Below are positions 10,460 through 19,826 of a DNA stretch of 64,000 nt, one piece after another (the stretch's first letter is position 1; each line of letters opens with the position of its first letter). The stretch is from Candidatus Entotheonellaceae bacterium (GTDB lineage: Bacteria; Tectomicrobia; Entotheonellia; Entotheonellales; Entotheonellaceae): NCBI GenBank assembly GCA_965238075.1, contig OZ250173.1, positions 2,176,001 through 2,240,000 of the forward strand. Reading direction: 5' to 3'. The notes below the pieces were generated by a model. It had not been told where the DNA came from, did no database searches, and was given only the letters and a program-made list of their open reading frames with translations. The translations under genes and the position numbers were made by a program.

Positions 10460-10587
10460 AGCGGGCAATAGCAAACACGGAGAATGGATATTGGTGAGCG
10501 ATCACCCAGCGTGGGCGCCGATGCCATAGCCTGCTGCCGAGGCCGAGATGGTGGGCTAGGTGCGCTGGAGGGCGAGGGAGCTATAGG
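10460..10587 (+). repeat. S24 3'-tail repeat, copy 2 (decayed)
   Basis: Translates RAGNSKHGEWILVSDHPAWAPMP*PAAEAEMVG*VRWRAREL*. Confidence 0.85.
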
Positions 10588-10605
10588 GAGCCAAGGGGAA
10601 AGCAG

Positions 10606-11306
10606 ATGCCGGAAACAGTACGACTCTATCACTTTATGCGGGTAGAGCATGCCTTGCAGGCTATAGAAAGGCGTCGATTGAAGATTGCCGAACTAGACAA
10701 GGTAAATGACCCTTTCGAGTGCCTGGCAATTGCCTCAACAGCCGCAAGGACGAAGAGTTCTTTTTGAGTTACCAGAGGGACATCGCGAAGGAATATGGTG
10801 TGGTTTGTTTTAGCGAGACCTGTCAAGACCCCTCATTATGGGGTCATTATGCCGATAGATTTAGGGGAATATGCCTTGGTTTTGACACCGCTTTCCATGG
10901 AGACGACGAGGAGGACTTGATTGGTAAAGTTAACTACGTCCAAAAACGGATAGACACAGGAAAATTCCGTGACCTGCTTACTTATTTTAAGAGTAGTAAT
11001 TCACAATACGACAACAACATCTCAACTCAAATCCAAACCCTTATGTATACAAAGTCATTCAACTGGGCTTACGAGAAAGAATGGCGTTTGTGGGTCGAGA
11101 AAATGCATCAGGACCCAGTTACCGGGCTACATTTTGCTGATTTTGGCCCACTGGTTCTTCGTGAGATATTAATTGGGTTTCGATGCCCCGAAGAAGACAT
11201 AGAGTCTAGACTTGACAAATTGGTTGCCAGCTACTCTGATCCACCAAAGATTTCCTTCACCCGCCGGTCGCTATCCACTTTTGAAATCGTGAGAGAGCCC
11301 TCGTAA
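10606..11306 (+). pseudogene. DUF2971-like protein, one frameshift near 10735
   Basis: MPETVRLYHFM...LKIAELDKVNDPFE, then GVVCFSE...LWGHYADRFRGICLGFD...KSFNWAYEKEWR. Span is 701 nt (1 nt short of a codon multiple). Lower GC than flanks. Confidence 0.8.
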
Positions 11307-11411
11307 GGACCGACACGCTCATCGGCTTGTGCTCACGTACCTCGTAAGGAGGCGACGGGGCCGCGCATGCATGGCTCGGCTGCAGGCAATGAATAAGGAG
11401 CAAGTGTCATC

Positions 11412-12012
11412 GTGAGAGGTACTTTGCGATTTGCCCTCTGTGTCGCACTCCTGGGGGTTTGCGTGGCGCCATGCCCGGTAACGGCACAAGACGCTGATGT
11501 CCCGGACTGCCTAAAGACCCCTCAGACGCTCGAGGCGAAGGTCGCCGCGTGTCAGGCAGCCGCTGAGGGCGGAGATGCGAAGGCACAGTTGGAATTCGGC
11601 CTCATGTACGCCTTTGGAGAGGGTGTTCCGCAAAACGATGCCGAGGCGCTAGTATGGTTTCGCCGGGCCGCTGAGGGCGGATATGCGGAGGCGCAGTTCA
11701 ATCTCGGCCTCGTGTATTACAGGGGCAAGGGGTGTGCCACAAGATTATGCCGAAGCCCTGGTGTGGTATCGCCGGGCCGCTGAGAGCGGATATGCGAAGG
11801 CGCAGTTTGCAGTCGGCACCATGTACATCGGCGGCGAGGGTGTTCCGCAGGATTATGTTCTGGCTCACATGTGGCTGAATCTCGCCGGCGCAGGTGGCCG
11901 CGAACGTGCCGGCGAATTGCGTGACTTGCTTGCACGGCATATGACCCCGGCTCAGATCGCCGACGCTCAGCGCTTGGCCCAGGAGTGGATGCAAGCGCAT
12001 CGGGCAGAGTAG
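11412..12012 (+). pseudogene. Secreted Sel1-like repeat protein, +1 frameshift in a G run near 11730
   Basis: Signal peptide and three Sel1 repeats (AQ..LG.MY..GEGVPQ...EALVWFRRAAE.G), ending AHMWLNLA...MTPAQIADAQRLA. Confidence 0.85.
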
Positions 12013-12049
12013 GACGGGGGGCTAAGGGGTACCGGTCGGGATGGTCCAG

Positions 12050-12180
12050 GGGCAGGGGCCGACAGGGTGAGGCTGGAGAATGGCTGCTGGTAAGCGATCA
12101 TCCGGCATGGGCGTCAGTGGCGTGGCCGGGTTCGGCTGAGGTGGTCGGGGAAGTCAGGTGGATGGCGAGGGAGCTTTAGG
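12050..12180 (+). repeat. S24 3'-tail repeat, copy 3
   Basis: Translates GEAGEWLLVSDHPAWASVAWPGSAEVVGEVRWMAREL*. Confidence 0.88.
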
Positions 12181-12293
12181 AGCGAACGGTTCTGAGCAAC
12201 GCGGCCCTGATCGTACAGCGCTACGGGATGGTGGTGGGACGGGAGTGAGGGCCGAACCGCGTTAATCCGAGTGACGACACAAGGAGATCCACT

Positions 12294-13103
12294 ATGATTT
12301 CTTCTGAGGAGAACGATCAGGCGAGATTGCAGGCATGGTTTTCAAAATGCCTGGAGCGATGGGAAACCCTAACAAAGGACCTGGAACCTGAAAACGTTGC
12401 CCGTTTTCCAAAGGGATACTACGCCGCTGCGTATATTCTCGCGGACGTTCAGCAGCCGTTGGCAGCGAATCAATTACCTGGGGCGCTCCGCCTTGGCATC
12501 ATCAGGCACACGGGCAGGCCTCCGTTCTCGGTTCCAGCCAAAAGCGGACTCGAGCCCCGTGTGTATGATGGAAACGTAGAATGCTGGATTGGTGGGACAA
12601 TACAAAACGATGGGCCAGCTCATGCTGACTTCTGGCGCGCATCTCCGGACGGCATGTTCTTTTTTATGCGAGGGTACCAGGAAGACAATCACGTACGAGG
12701 GTACCAGGAAGACGATCACGAGAAAGTACAAATCGATCCCGGAAGCAGTTTTGATCTTACTCTGCCGACCCGGCGTCTGGGTGAAATTCTGCTTCACGCC
12801 TCAAGCATGGCCCACCAGTTTGAATCCGAGGATACAAGGGTTCTGTTGAAGGTCCAATGGACCGGTCTTGACGAGCGCAAATTGGTAAGTATTACAAATT
12901 CTAACCGTGCATTAATCCATACACATATTTCTCAACAAGCAACCTACTCCAGAATCATTGAGGCACAAGCCAACCAAATTCCAAAAACACTCCCAGAGCT
13001 TGTGGAGAGTGTCGTGAGGCCACTTTACGAGCAGTTTATCTTTCAGCTACCGGCTGGACTTGTTGTTGAGGAATTGAACAAAATGCAGAAAGCTCAGTTA
13101 TAG
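12294..13103 (+). CDS. Hypothetical protein resembling the C-terminal region of AlbA_2/Schlafen-domain proteins
   Basis: AAGGAG RBS. ARFPKGYY...HTGRPPF...ECWIG...DFWRASPDG.FF.RGYQED...FDLTLP..RLGEILLHA. Family assignment from memory. Confidence 0.55.
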   Translation: MISSEENDQARLQAWFSKCLERWETLTKDLEPENVARFPKGYYAAAYILADVQQPLAANQLPGALRLGIIRHTGRPPFSVPAKSGLEPRVYDGNVECWIGGTIQNDGPAHADFWRASPDGMFFFMRGYQEDNHVRGYQEDDHEKVQIDPGSSFDLTLPTRRLGEILLHASSMAHQFESEDTRVLLKVQWTGLDERKLVSITNSNRALIHTHISQQATYSRIIEAQANQIPKTLPELVESVVRPLYEQFIFQLPAGLVVEELNKMQKAQL

Positions 13104-13482
13104 CCGGGGTAAGGGAATGGCGGAAACGTCCTCGTGAAGAGTGGAGTATACCGGATTGCGACGCTGAAGGAAGATCGAATGAGCGGCCGTGTGGCTTGGG
13201 TATAGCCGCAGCCCGCGGGACGGTGACGCTAATCCCATTTCCCGCAGCAGCACAGACTGCGCCACCTGGGTCAGCGCCAGCGCCTGAGACATCGTTAGCC
13301 CCGCTTGCCGAAAGCCCACGTCGTACAGGCCGTCGGTGTCGTCCAGGAACAGGACCAGCGCCTTGGTCGGAGTCGTGCTGCTCCGTCACTTCCGCCAGGG
13401 CGTCAGTCAGCATTTGCTCAACATTCCAGCGGGAGCCGTCGGCCGTCTTGTGGCTCAGGCAAGAGACCTTGTTGTCAGTCAT
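13098..13482 (-). pseudogene. Small phage-like hypothetical gene, frameshifted
   Basis: MTDNKVSCLSHKTADGSRWNVEQMLTDALAEV continues in another frame as KALVLFLDDTDGLYDVGFRQAGLTMSQALAL. Confidence 0.35.
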
Positions 13483-13543
13483 ATGTGCCTACGCCGCATC
13501 AAAAGGGGCCTAACCCAGAAGGACAAATGAGGACAAACCGGAT

Positions 13544-14062
13544 TTGATGGATAAGTACACCAGCCCGTACATGATTGAGAACGCGAAATCGTTGCAGCGT
13601 GTTGTGGAGGAAATGGAATTGAACGGGTCCGAGTCCCCTCTGTCGGACCTATCTCTCTTCCAGGGAAAGTTTTTGGCAGGTCCAATCTTACTATCCCTGG
13701 CGACAGAGGTTGCACTGAAGGCATGGCAATGTCGAGAACGGAACGGAGCCCCTGACCAAACTCATGACTTGCTAAATTTGTTCGATGGGTTGGAGCCGGG
13801 CACACAAGACCTAATCGCACAAGGTTTGGCAGGCCAAGAACACCTACTTGTGTCGTCTCGGGGTAGTGAGGAATATGTACTGCCGTTCCAAATTGGCGAA
13901 CAGATACCCCGCGTTAAGATTTTGCGTGCCATTCTGAGATATTATCGGAACTCTTTCACGGATTGGAGGTACTTGTACGAAAAACGCCGTGGCATGACAT
14001 TTGAGCTATCTGCACTCGACGCAATACTAACGGGGGTAATCGACGCCTACTGCAAGAGATGA
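13544..14062 (+). CDS. HEPN-like domain protein
   Basis: LLSLATEVALKAW...THDLLNLFDGL...FTDWRYLYE pattern. Confidence 0.55.
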   Translation: MMDKYTSPYMIENAKSLQRVVEEMELNGSESPLSDLSLFQGKFLAGPILLSLATEVALKAWQCRERNGAPDQTHDLLNLFDGLEPGTQDLIAQGLAGQEHLLVSSRGSEEYVLPFQIGEQIPRVKILRAILRYYRNSFTDWRYLYEKRRGMTFELSALDAILTGVIDAYCKR

Positions 14063-14106
14063 GACCGCTCAGCCTAAAGTTCGGACTCAGTTGGAGTTGA
14101 TTCTTA

Positions 14107-14150
14107 GCGAGGTATCGGGGAAGTCCACTGGATGGGGAGGGAGCTTTAGG
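14107..14150 (+). repeat. S24 3'-tail repeat, copy 4 (short, decayed)
   Basis: gaggtatcggggaagtccactggatggggagggagctttagg versus copy 3 gaggtggtcggggaagtcaggtggatggcgagggagctttagg. Confidence 0.8.
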
Positions 14151-14305
14151 AGACGGGGAGGGCATCAGAATTTGGGGCTTGGCGATTGCGGCTTTGGCCT
14201 TGCTAGTCCTTGTGACTCCTTCTGGCGTCCTAGTAGTCCAAACTGAGGGAGAGGAAACCCCATATGAGAGGTAGCGCCTTTTTACCTCATGCGCGGTGTT
14301 TGGCT

Positions 14306-14585
14306 TTAGGGCGACACGCAGTTGAACGTCTGGCTTGGTCCGGTCTTACTACCAACTTCAACGTCTGAGAAATCGTAGTACAATCCGAAGCCATTTGGTT
14401 CGATGATAAAGGAGTAGTTTTTCTTTCCTTCCCCAAAATCCCACCGCCGATTGAACCCGAGAACTCGAAAATATGCTCGGTAGGTGACACCAGCTACCGA
14501 CACGTCGCCAAAGCCAAGATCTTCGCCGTCCCCTGCTACCCGAGTCAGCCTGACCAAGACTGTTTTCTTAGAATAGTCGGACTCC
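14306..14585 (-). pseudogene. 5'-truncated hypothetical gene abutting the truncated hicA head to head
   Basis: Protein-like C-terminus GFNRRWDFG...YSFIIEPNGFGLYYDFS...TFNC; no convincing start. Confidence 0.4.
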
Positions 14586-14824
14586 GCAAAACCCTTGCCG
14601 CCGTGTTCACCAATCCGGTGTCAGGCACCATTGAATGGACGGCGATCGAGGGTCTGCTTCTCGCCGCTGGTGCGCGGGTGATCGAGGGGCGAGGCTCACG
14701 GGTACGATTCGAGAAGGATGGCGAGGTCGAAACGTTTCATCGGCCGCACCCCGCTAAGGAAGCCAAACGCTATCAGGTCCGGGCCGCCCGCGCGTTCCTG
14801 GAACGGATCGGAGTAACCCCATGA
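14585..14824 (+). pseudogene. hicA: HicA-family toxin, N-terminal codons lost
   Basis: RKTLAAVFTNPVSGTIEWTAIEGLL...EGRGSRVRF...FHRPHPAKEAKRYQV. No ATG; the GTG at 14603 is a possible start. Confidence 0.8.
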
Positions 14825-15000
14825 CCAATACCATGAGCTACAAAAGCTATTCGGCCGGGATTGAGTAGGACGACGATGACGGCATCTTCACCGGCAGGAT
14901 CGCCGGCATTCGTGACGGCGTGGGCTTTCATGCGGATACGGTAGACGGTCTGCGAGAAGCTTTTTACGAGGCGGTGGAGGATTACTTCGAGACCTGCGCC
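14812..15000 (+). repeat. 189-bp direct repeat, copy 2
   Basis: Matches 9626-9814 at an offset of 5186. Confidence 0.95.
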
Positions 15001-15153
15001 AAGGTCGGCAAAGCGCCGCAGAAGGCTTTCTCCGGCCAAGTGATGTTCCGTATCAGCCCGGAGGTTCACCGTAAGGCTACCCTCGCAGCTGAGCTCTCCG
15101 GCAAGAGCCTGAATCAGTGGGCAGAAGAAGTGCTGGGCCGCGCCGCCGGCTAG
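14821..15153 (+). pseudogene. hicB: HicB-family antitoxin with in-frame TAG at codon 16
   Basis: MSYKSYSAGIE*DDDDGIFTG...FHADTVDGLREAF...FSGQVMFRISPEVHRKA...GKSLNQW. Confidence 0.88.
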
Positions 15154-15301
15154 GGCCAGCGCATTGGACCGGCTCCTATCACGTTCTCTATACACGCGGC
15201 GCCAAATTGCGGCAGCAAGGCGCATTTGCTAGACTGCGCCCCGCTCCAGGAGTCCCCCCGTAACCCTTTGCGGTGCTGTCGCAAACAGCGTAAGGCCTGC
15301 C

Positions 15302-16750
15302 GTGTCATCACTCCCGCCCCACAGCGTGCCCTCGGAAGTCAGCCAGTACTATCACGGCTCGGCGATGTTTGCCGACCCGGTCCACAGCTACGTGCCCTTT
15401 ACCGTGCCGCTCGATCTGCACGGCGGTGCGCGCGAGGTGGCGGAAAAGGACGTCATCGACACGCCGTGGGTGCAGCGCCTGCGCTACATCAACCAGTTGC
15501 AGAGTGCCCGCTGGGTCTACCCGGGGGCCGAGCACAGCCGCTTCCAGCATTCCCTCGGCGCCATGCACGTCGCCGGGCGCTTCGCCCGGCAACTCTACCC
15601 GTCCTTGCGCGCGGTGGAGCCGTCCTGCCCGTCGCTGCCGTACGTGGAGGAGGTTCTGCGCATGGGCGCCCTGCTGCACGACGTCGGCCACGGCCCGTTC
15701 GGCCATTTCTTTGACGACAACCACTTGGCGCAATTCGGCATCGGCCACGAGGCCCTCGGCCAGCAGATCATTCTGCGCGAATTGGCCGACACCCTGCGCG
15801 GCCTGCGGCGCGGGCCCAGCGGCGCGTTCGCCGCCGATGAAGCGCTCGAACCGGCGCACGTCGCCTTCGTGATGCAGAAGAAGGATACCGCCGCGGACGC
15901 GCCGCGCTGGCTGCGCCATATCAAACCGGTGCTCGGCGGCATCTACACGGCGGACAACCTGGACTACGTGCTGCGCGATTCGTACATGTGCGGGGTGGCC
16001 ATCGGACCCATCGACCTGGAGCGGCTGCTGCATTACAGCGTCATCACGCCGGACGGCCCGGCGCTGCACAAGTCCGGCGTCAGCGCCCTGACGATGTTCC
16101 TCAACGCGCGACTCTACCTCTATGCCAACGTCTACTTTCACCGCACCGTGCGCGCCATCGACCTGCATCTGCGCGACGTGTTCCCCGCCACCTTGCGCCA
16201 CCTGTTCCCCGACAACCCGCTCGACGACCTGCGGCGCTACGTGCGCCTCACCGACTGGTCGGTGCTGGAGGCGGTGCGCGGCTGGGTCGATGACCCATCG
16301 CCCGACAAGCGCGCCCTCGGCCAGGAGTGGAGCCGGATTCTGGGCCGCAAGCTGAAATGGAAAATGGCCTACGATGCCACGCTGCCCATGCGCGGCCGCG
16401 AGCGCCGCACGGCGCAGAGTTTCGCACCGGAGCACCTCGTTGAACGGGTGCGAAGCGCCCTGCCGCCGGACAGCGGGGCGCTGGAATTTCAGCTCGATAC
16501 CGCCGTGCAGGACCCGAGAAACCTCAACCCGCTGGCACTCGGCGAATGGCCGATCAGCATCTATGACCCTGCCACCGGCGAGGCGCACCGTGAGCTGCTG
16601 GAGGACATCCTGGCACCCATTCCCGCCGAAATGGTGCATTACCGGTTGTACACGACCGACCGCACCGCGGTGCCCATGCTTGCCCGCGCCTGCGAGTCGG
16701 TCCTGGAGTCGGGGCGCGTCAACCGCACGTCTCAGGCCGCCGGCACTTGA
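15302..16750 (+). CDS. HD-domain phosphohydrolase (SAMHD1/YwfO-like dNTPase family)
   Basis: DPVH, QRLRYINQL, HSRFQHSLGAMH, LLHDVGHGPFGH, ADNLDYVLRDS, VYFHRTVR. Confidence 0.92.
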   Translation: MSSLPPHSVPSEVSQYYHGSAMFADPVHSYVPFTVPLDLHGGAREVAEKDVIDTPWVQRLRYINQLQSARWVYPGAEHSRFQHSLGAMHVAGRFARQLYPSLRAVEPSCPSLPYVEEVLRMGALLHDVGHGPFGHFFDDNHLAQFGIGHEALGQQIILRELADTLRGLRRGPSGAFAADEALEPAHVAFVMQKKDTAADAPRWLRHIKPVLGGIYTADNLDYVLRDSYMCGVAIGPIDLERLLHYSVITPDGPALHKSGVSALTMFLNARLYLYANVYFHRTVRAIDLHLRDVFPATLRHLFPDNPLDDLRRYVRLTDWSVLEAVRGWVDDPSPDKRALGQEWSRILGRKLKWKMAYDATLPMRGRERRTAQSFAPEHLVERVRSALPPDSGALEFQLDTAVQDPRNLNPLALGEWPISIYDPATGEAHRELLEDILAPIPAEMVHYRLYTTDRTAVPMLARACESVLESGRVNRTSQAAGT

Positions 16751-16799
16751 CGCCGGGCGCGGCCTTTTTTCGCCTTCGCCACCATGCAAAGGAACCGTG

Positions 16800-17141
16800 A
16801 TGACGATGTATACGCTGCAGGAAGCCCGCGACCTGCTGCCGCAGGTCAAGGAAGTGACGCAGCATTACTACGATGTCGTTGAGGAGATGCGCGAGCAGCT
16901 TGAGAACCTGGAGGAGCCGCGCGATGCCAAGCGCCTCGAAGGACTCATGAATGACGAGGTTGGCAACTGGGTCAAGGCGGTCAGGAACCTCGGGGTGGAA
17001 GTCAAAGGCCTGTGGGTGGCGGATTTCGATTCGGGCGACGGCTATTACTACTGCTGGAAGCTCGGCGAGGATGACATCGAACATTTCCACCGCTACGAAA
17101 CGGGGTTCGCCGGGCGCCGTCCCATCTCGTTGCTGGATTAG
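16800..17141 (+). CDS. DUF2203-family protein
   Basis: YTLQEARDLLP...GVEVKG...DF...CWKLGEDDIEHFH...GFAGRRPI. Confidence 0.85.
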   Translation: MTMYTLQEARDLLPQVKEVTQHYYDVVEEMREQLENLEEPRDAKRLEGLMNDEVGNWVKAVRNLGVEVKGLWVADFDSGDGYYYCWKLGEDDIEHFHRYETGFAGRRPISLLD

Positions 17142-17150
17142 GACGGCGGC

Positions 17151-18401
17151 ATGTCGGATTGCGCGACGCTGGAGTATTTCCGTATCGGATTGCAACGGGG
17201 AGCTATCGGCCGGCTCATGCGTTCCCCTCTCCCTAGCCCTCCCCCGCGGAGGGGGGAGGGGACCAGATCTAACCCTCCAACGCAAAAGGGGTTTACTCCC
17301 TCTCCCCTGGTGGGAGAGGGTTGGGGTGAGGGGGAAGCCCCGGCTAGCAAGCCATATTGGTCCGTAAGTGCCCTAATCCGACCTACACTTCTACTCGCCG
17401 CCGTGCTGCTCCTGAACGGCTGCGGCGTCGGGCACCTGTTGCACCTGGCAAAGGGGCAGGCGGACTTGCTGCGGCAGCGCCGCCCGGTGCAGGAGGCGCT
17501 GCAGGACGCCCGGCTCAGCGACGCCCAGCGCGACAAGATTCGCCTCATCCTCAAGGTGCGGGCGTTCGGCATCGAGCACCTCGGGCTGTACGACAGCGCC
17601 ACCTACACCACCTTCGTGCACCTGGACCAGCCGTTCGTCAGCTACAACCTCACCGCCTCGCCGGTCGACGCCATCGAGCCCTATGTGTGGCGCTATCCCT
17701 TCGTCGGGCGCATGCCGTACCAGGGCTTCTTCAGCCAGGATGGCGCCCTGGCCGCGCAAGGCGAACTGCAACAGCTCGGCTACGATACCTACCTGCGCGG
17801 CGTGCGCGCCTACAGCACCCTCGGCTATTTCGCCGATCCGATCCTCTCCAGCATGCTGTCCTACCCCGACGGCGCCCTGATCGAAACCGTCCTGCACGAG
17901 ATGCTGCACCAGACGGTGTGGATCAAGGGCCACGTCAGCTTCAACGAAAGTCTGGCCAGTTTCGTGGGGCAGAAGGGCGCCGAAGCGTATGTGACGCACC
18001 ATGACGGCGTGGATTCCCCAGCCCATCGGGATTACCTGGACCGCCGCGCCGACGCCGACCTCCTGCGCACCCATCTGCAGCAACTCATCTCCCGCCTGCA
18101 GGATCTCTATCAGGAGCCGGTCAGCCGGGAGGAGAAGCTGCGCCGCCGCGAAGCCCTGTTCGACGAGGCCGTCGCAACCTGGCCGGCGCTCTTTCCTCGT
18201 ATGAAAACCCACGCCTACCGCCGCTTCTTCGAAGGCCGAACCCTCAACAACGCCCTGCTGCTTTCCTTCCGCGTCTACAACCGCGACACTGATTTCTTCG
18301 ACGATGCCCTCGCCGCTCACGATGGCGACCTGCGCCGCACCATCGCCTACTTCAAAACCCTCCGCGCCCGTGATATCCCCGACGCCTTCCGCACGCCGTA
18401 A
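17151..18401 (+). CDS. Predicted zinc aminopeptidase lipoprotein (start uncertain)
   Basis: Lipobox LNGC, WRYPFVGRMPYQGFF, AYSTLGYFADP, HEMLHQ (HEXXH), FNESLASFVG. Confidence 0.85.
   Translation: MSDCATLEYFRIGLQRGAIGRLMRSPLPSPPPRRGEGTRSNPPTQKGFTPSPLVGEGWGEGEAPASKPYWSVSALIRPTLLLAAVLLLNGCGVGHLLHLAKGQADLLRQRRPVQEALQDARLSDAQRDKIRLILKVRAFGIEHLGLYDSATYTTFVHLDQPFVSYNLTASPVDAIEPYVWRYPFVGRMPYQGFFSQDGALAAQGELQQLGYDTYLRGVRAYSTLGYFADPILSSMLSYPDGALIETVLHEMLHQTVWIKGHVSFNESLASFVGQKGAEAYVTHHDGVDSPAHRDYLDRRADADLLRTHLQQLISRLQDLYQEPVSREEKLRRREALFDEAVATWPALFPRMKTHAYRRFFEGRTLNNALLLSFRVYNRDTDFFDDALAAHDGDLRRTIAYFKTLRARDIPDAFRTP
17224..17334. repeat. Pair of CCCTCTCCC...GGGAGAGGG palindromic REP-like elements in inverted arrangement
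   Basis: cccctctccctagccctcccccgcggaggggggagggga and ccctctcccctggtgggagagggttggggtgaggggg. Confidence 0.8.
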
Positions 18402-18454
18402 AGGTGTGTCAGTCGGATTTGCCGGGGTGGAAGCCGGAGGGTATCTAACCTACA

Positions 18455-19819
18455 ATGAACGCCATGAGATCATCTCACCCCGAGGCCGCCGCCGAATCAA
18501 ACCTGGCAAACCCGTTGCCGTCCTCGCCAGGCTTCCGCGATACCACCTTCACGGAGAATCACGAGGTTGCCCTGCATCGCTGGGTGCCCTGGATCGCCGG
18601 GTTCTCCGGCTCTTTTGTCGCCGGGGTGCTCGATACCGTCAGGCAGCGCGGCAAGATGCGCGTCCTGGACCCCTTCGCCGGGGTCGGCACCACCCTCATC
18701 GAAGCCCTGAAAAAAGGCGACGATACCATCGGGTTCGAGATCAATCCCTATGCGGCGCTCGCCTGCAAGGTGAAGGCCAACGCCGGGCACTATGACGTGG
18801 CGAACCTGGATGGCCTGATCGCCCGCTTCGAGGCGTACGGCGCGGCGGCATCCTGGCTGCACACAAAGCCCGCCTCAGCACGCCCGGCGGGTTTTCGCAG
18901 CCGCTCACCGTTTTTCAGTGATACCGTGGAACGGCAGGTATTGGCGTGCCTGGATTTTGTCGCCGCGGAAACTACGGATTGGCTGAAGGACCTGTTCCAC
19001 GTCGCCTTCGGTTCCGTGATGGTGAGCTTTTCCAACTACACCTATGAGCCGAGCCTCGGTACGCGCGCCGGCGCGGGCAAGCCCGACATCGCCGACGCCG
19101 ACGTCTTCGACATCGTCCGGCGCAAGTTGCAGGAAATGCGGGACGATATCGTCAGGTTCCAGGGCTGGTTGGCCAAGCACAAGCCGGTTCCGCGCGCCAC
19201 CGTGCACCCGTTGTCCTACCTCGACCACGCCCACTTGATCGAGCCCCGCAGCATCGACGTGCTCATCACCTCACCGCCGTACCTCAACAACTATCACTAC
19301 ATCCGCAATACGCGCCCGCACCTCTTCTGGCTCGGCCTGGCGCAGTCGCCTGTCGACCTGAAGGCCATCGAACGCCAGAGCTTTGGGCTGTTCTGGCAGA
19401 CGGTGCGATCGGGTCCGCCGGTTGCTCTGCAGCCCGACCTGCCCCACCTGGCCGAGCAGATCGAGCAGCTTCGCGCCCTGCATCCCGAAAAAGGTCCTTA
19501 CGGCGGCTCCGGCTGGGCCAATTATGCCGCTGCGTACTTCAACGACTGTCAGCGCTTCTGTGCCGTCACGCTGAGCCGCATGCGTCCCGGCGGCGCCGTG
19601 GTCGTCGTGATCGGCAACAACATCCTGCAGGGCATCGAGTTTCAGACGGACCGGCTGTTCGCGGAGATTGCGGAGCGGGCGGGGTTCAAGCTCGTGAAGC
19701 TGCACGAGGTGCGCAAGCGACGGACGGGGAATAGCATCGTCAATTCATCGGTGCGGATCGGATCGGCGCGTCAACGGGCACGGCTGTACGAAACCGCGGT
19801 CGAGCTGCGGGCGCCGTAG
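18455..19819 (+). CDS. Amino (N4-C/N6-A) DNA methyltransferase, motif I before motif IV
   Basis: HRWVPWIAGFS, VLDPFAGVGTT, ITSPPYLNNY. True start may be the ATG at 18464. Confidence 0.9.
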   Translation: MNAMRSSHPEAAAESNLANPLPSSPGFRDTTFTENHEVALHRWVPWIAGFSGSFVAGVLDTVRQRGKMRVLDPFAGVGTTLIEALKKGDDTIGFEINPYAALACKVKANAGHYDVANLDGLIARFEAYGAAASWLHTKPASARPAGFRSRSPFFSDTVERQVLACLDFVAAETTDWLKDLFHVAFGSVMVSFSNYTYEPSLGTRAGAGKPDIADADVFDIVRRKLQEMRDDIVRFQGWLAKHKPVPRATVHPLSYLDHAHLIEPRSIDVLITSPPYLNNYHYIRNTRPHLFWLGLAQSPVDLKAIERQSFGLFWQTVRSGPPVALQPDLPHLAEQIEQLRALHPEKGPYGGSGWANYAAAYFNDCQRFCAVTLSRMRPGGAVVVVIGNNILQGIEFQTDRLFAEIAERAGFKLVKLHEVRKRRTGNSIVNSSVRIGSARQRARLYETAVELRAP

Positions 19820-19826
19820 TCCGGCC

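Noticed and set aside
9734-14062. Intact prophage
   Set aside because: No structural, replication or integrase genes; the S24 domain lacks an HTH.
9815-14275. Classical integron with attC sites
   Set aside because: The repeats are protein-coding S24 tails without RYYYAAC/GTTRRRY palindromes, and there is no intI.
15308-16849. 513-aa antisense ORF and similar long shadow ORFs (e.g. 22724..24109, 6807..8012, 61337..62470)
   Set aside because: They lie opposite well-supported genes, are expected in high-GC DNA, and have no recognisable motifs.
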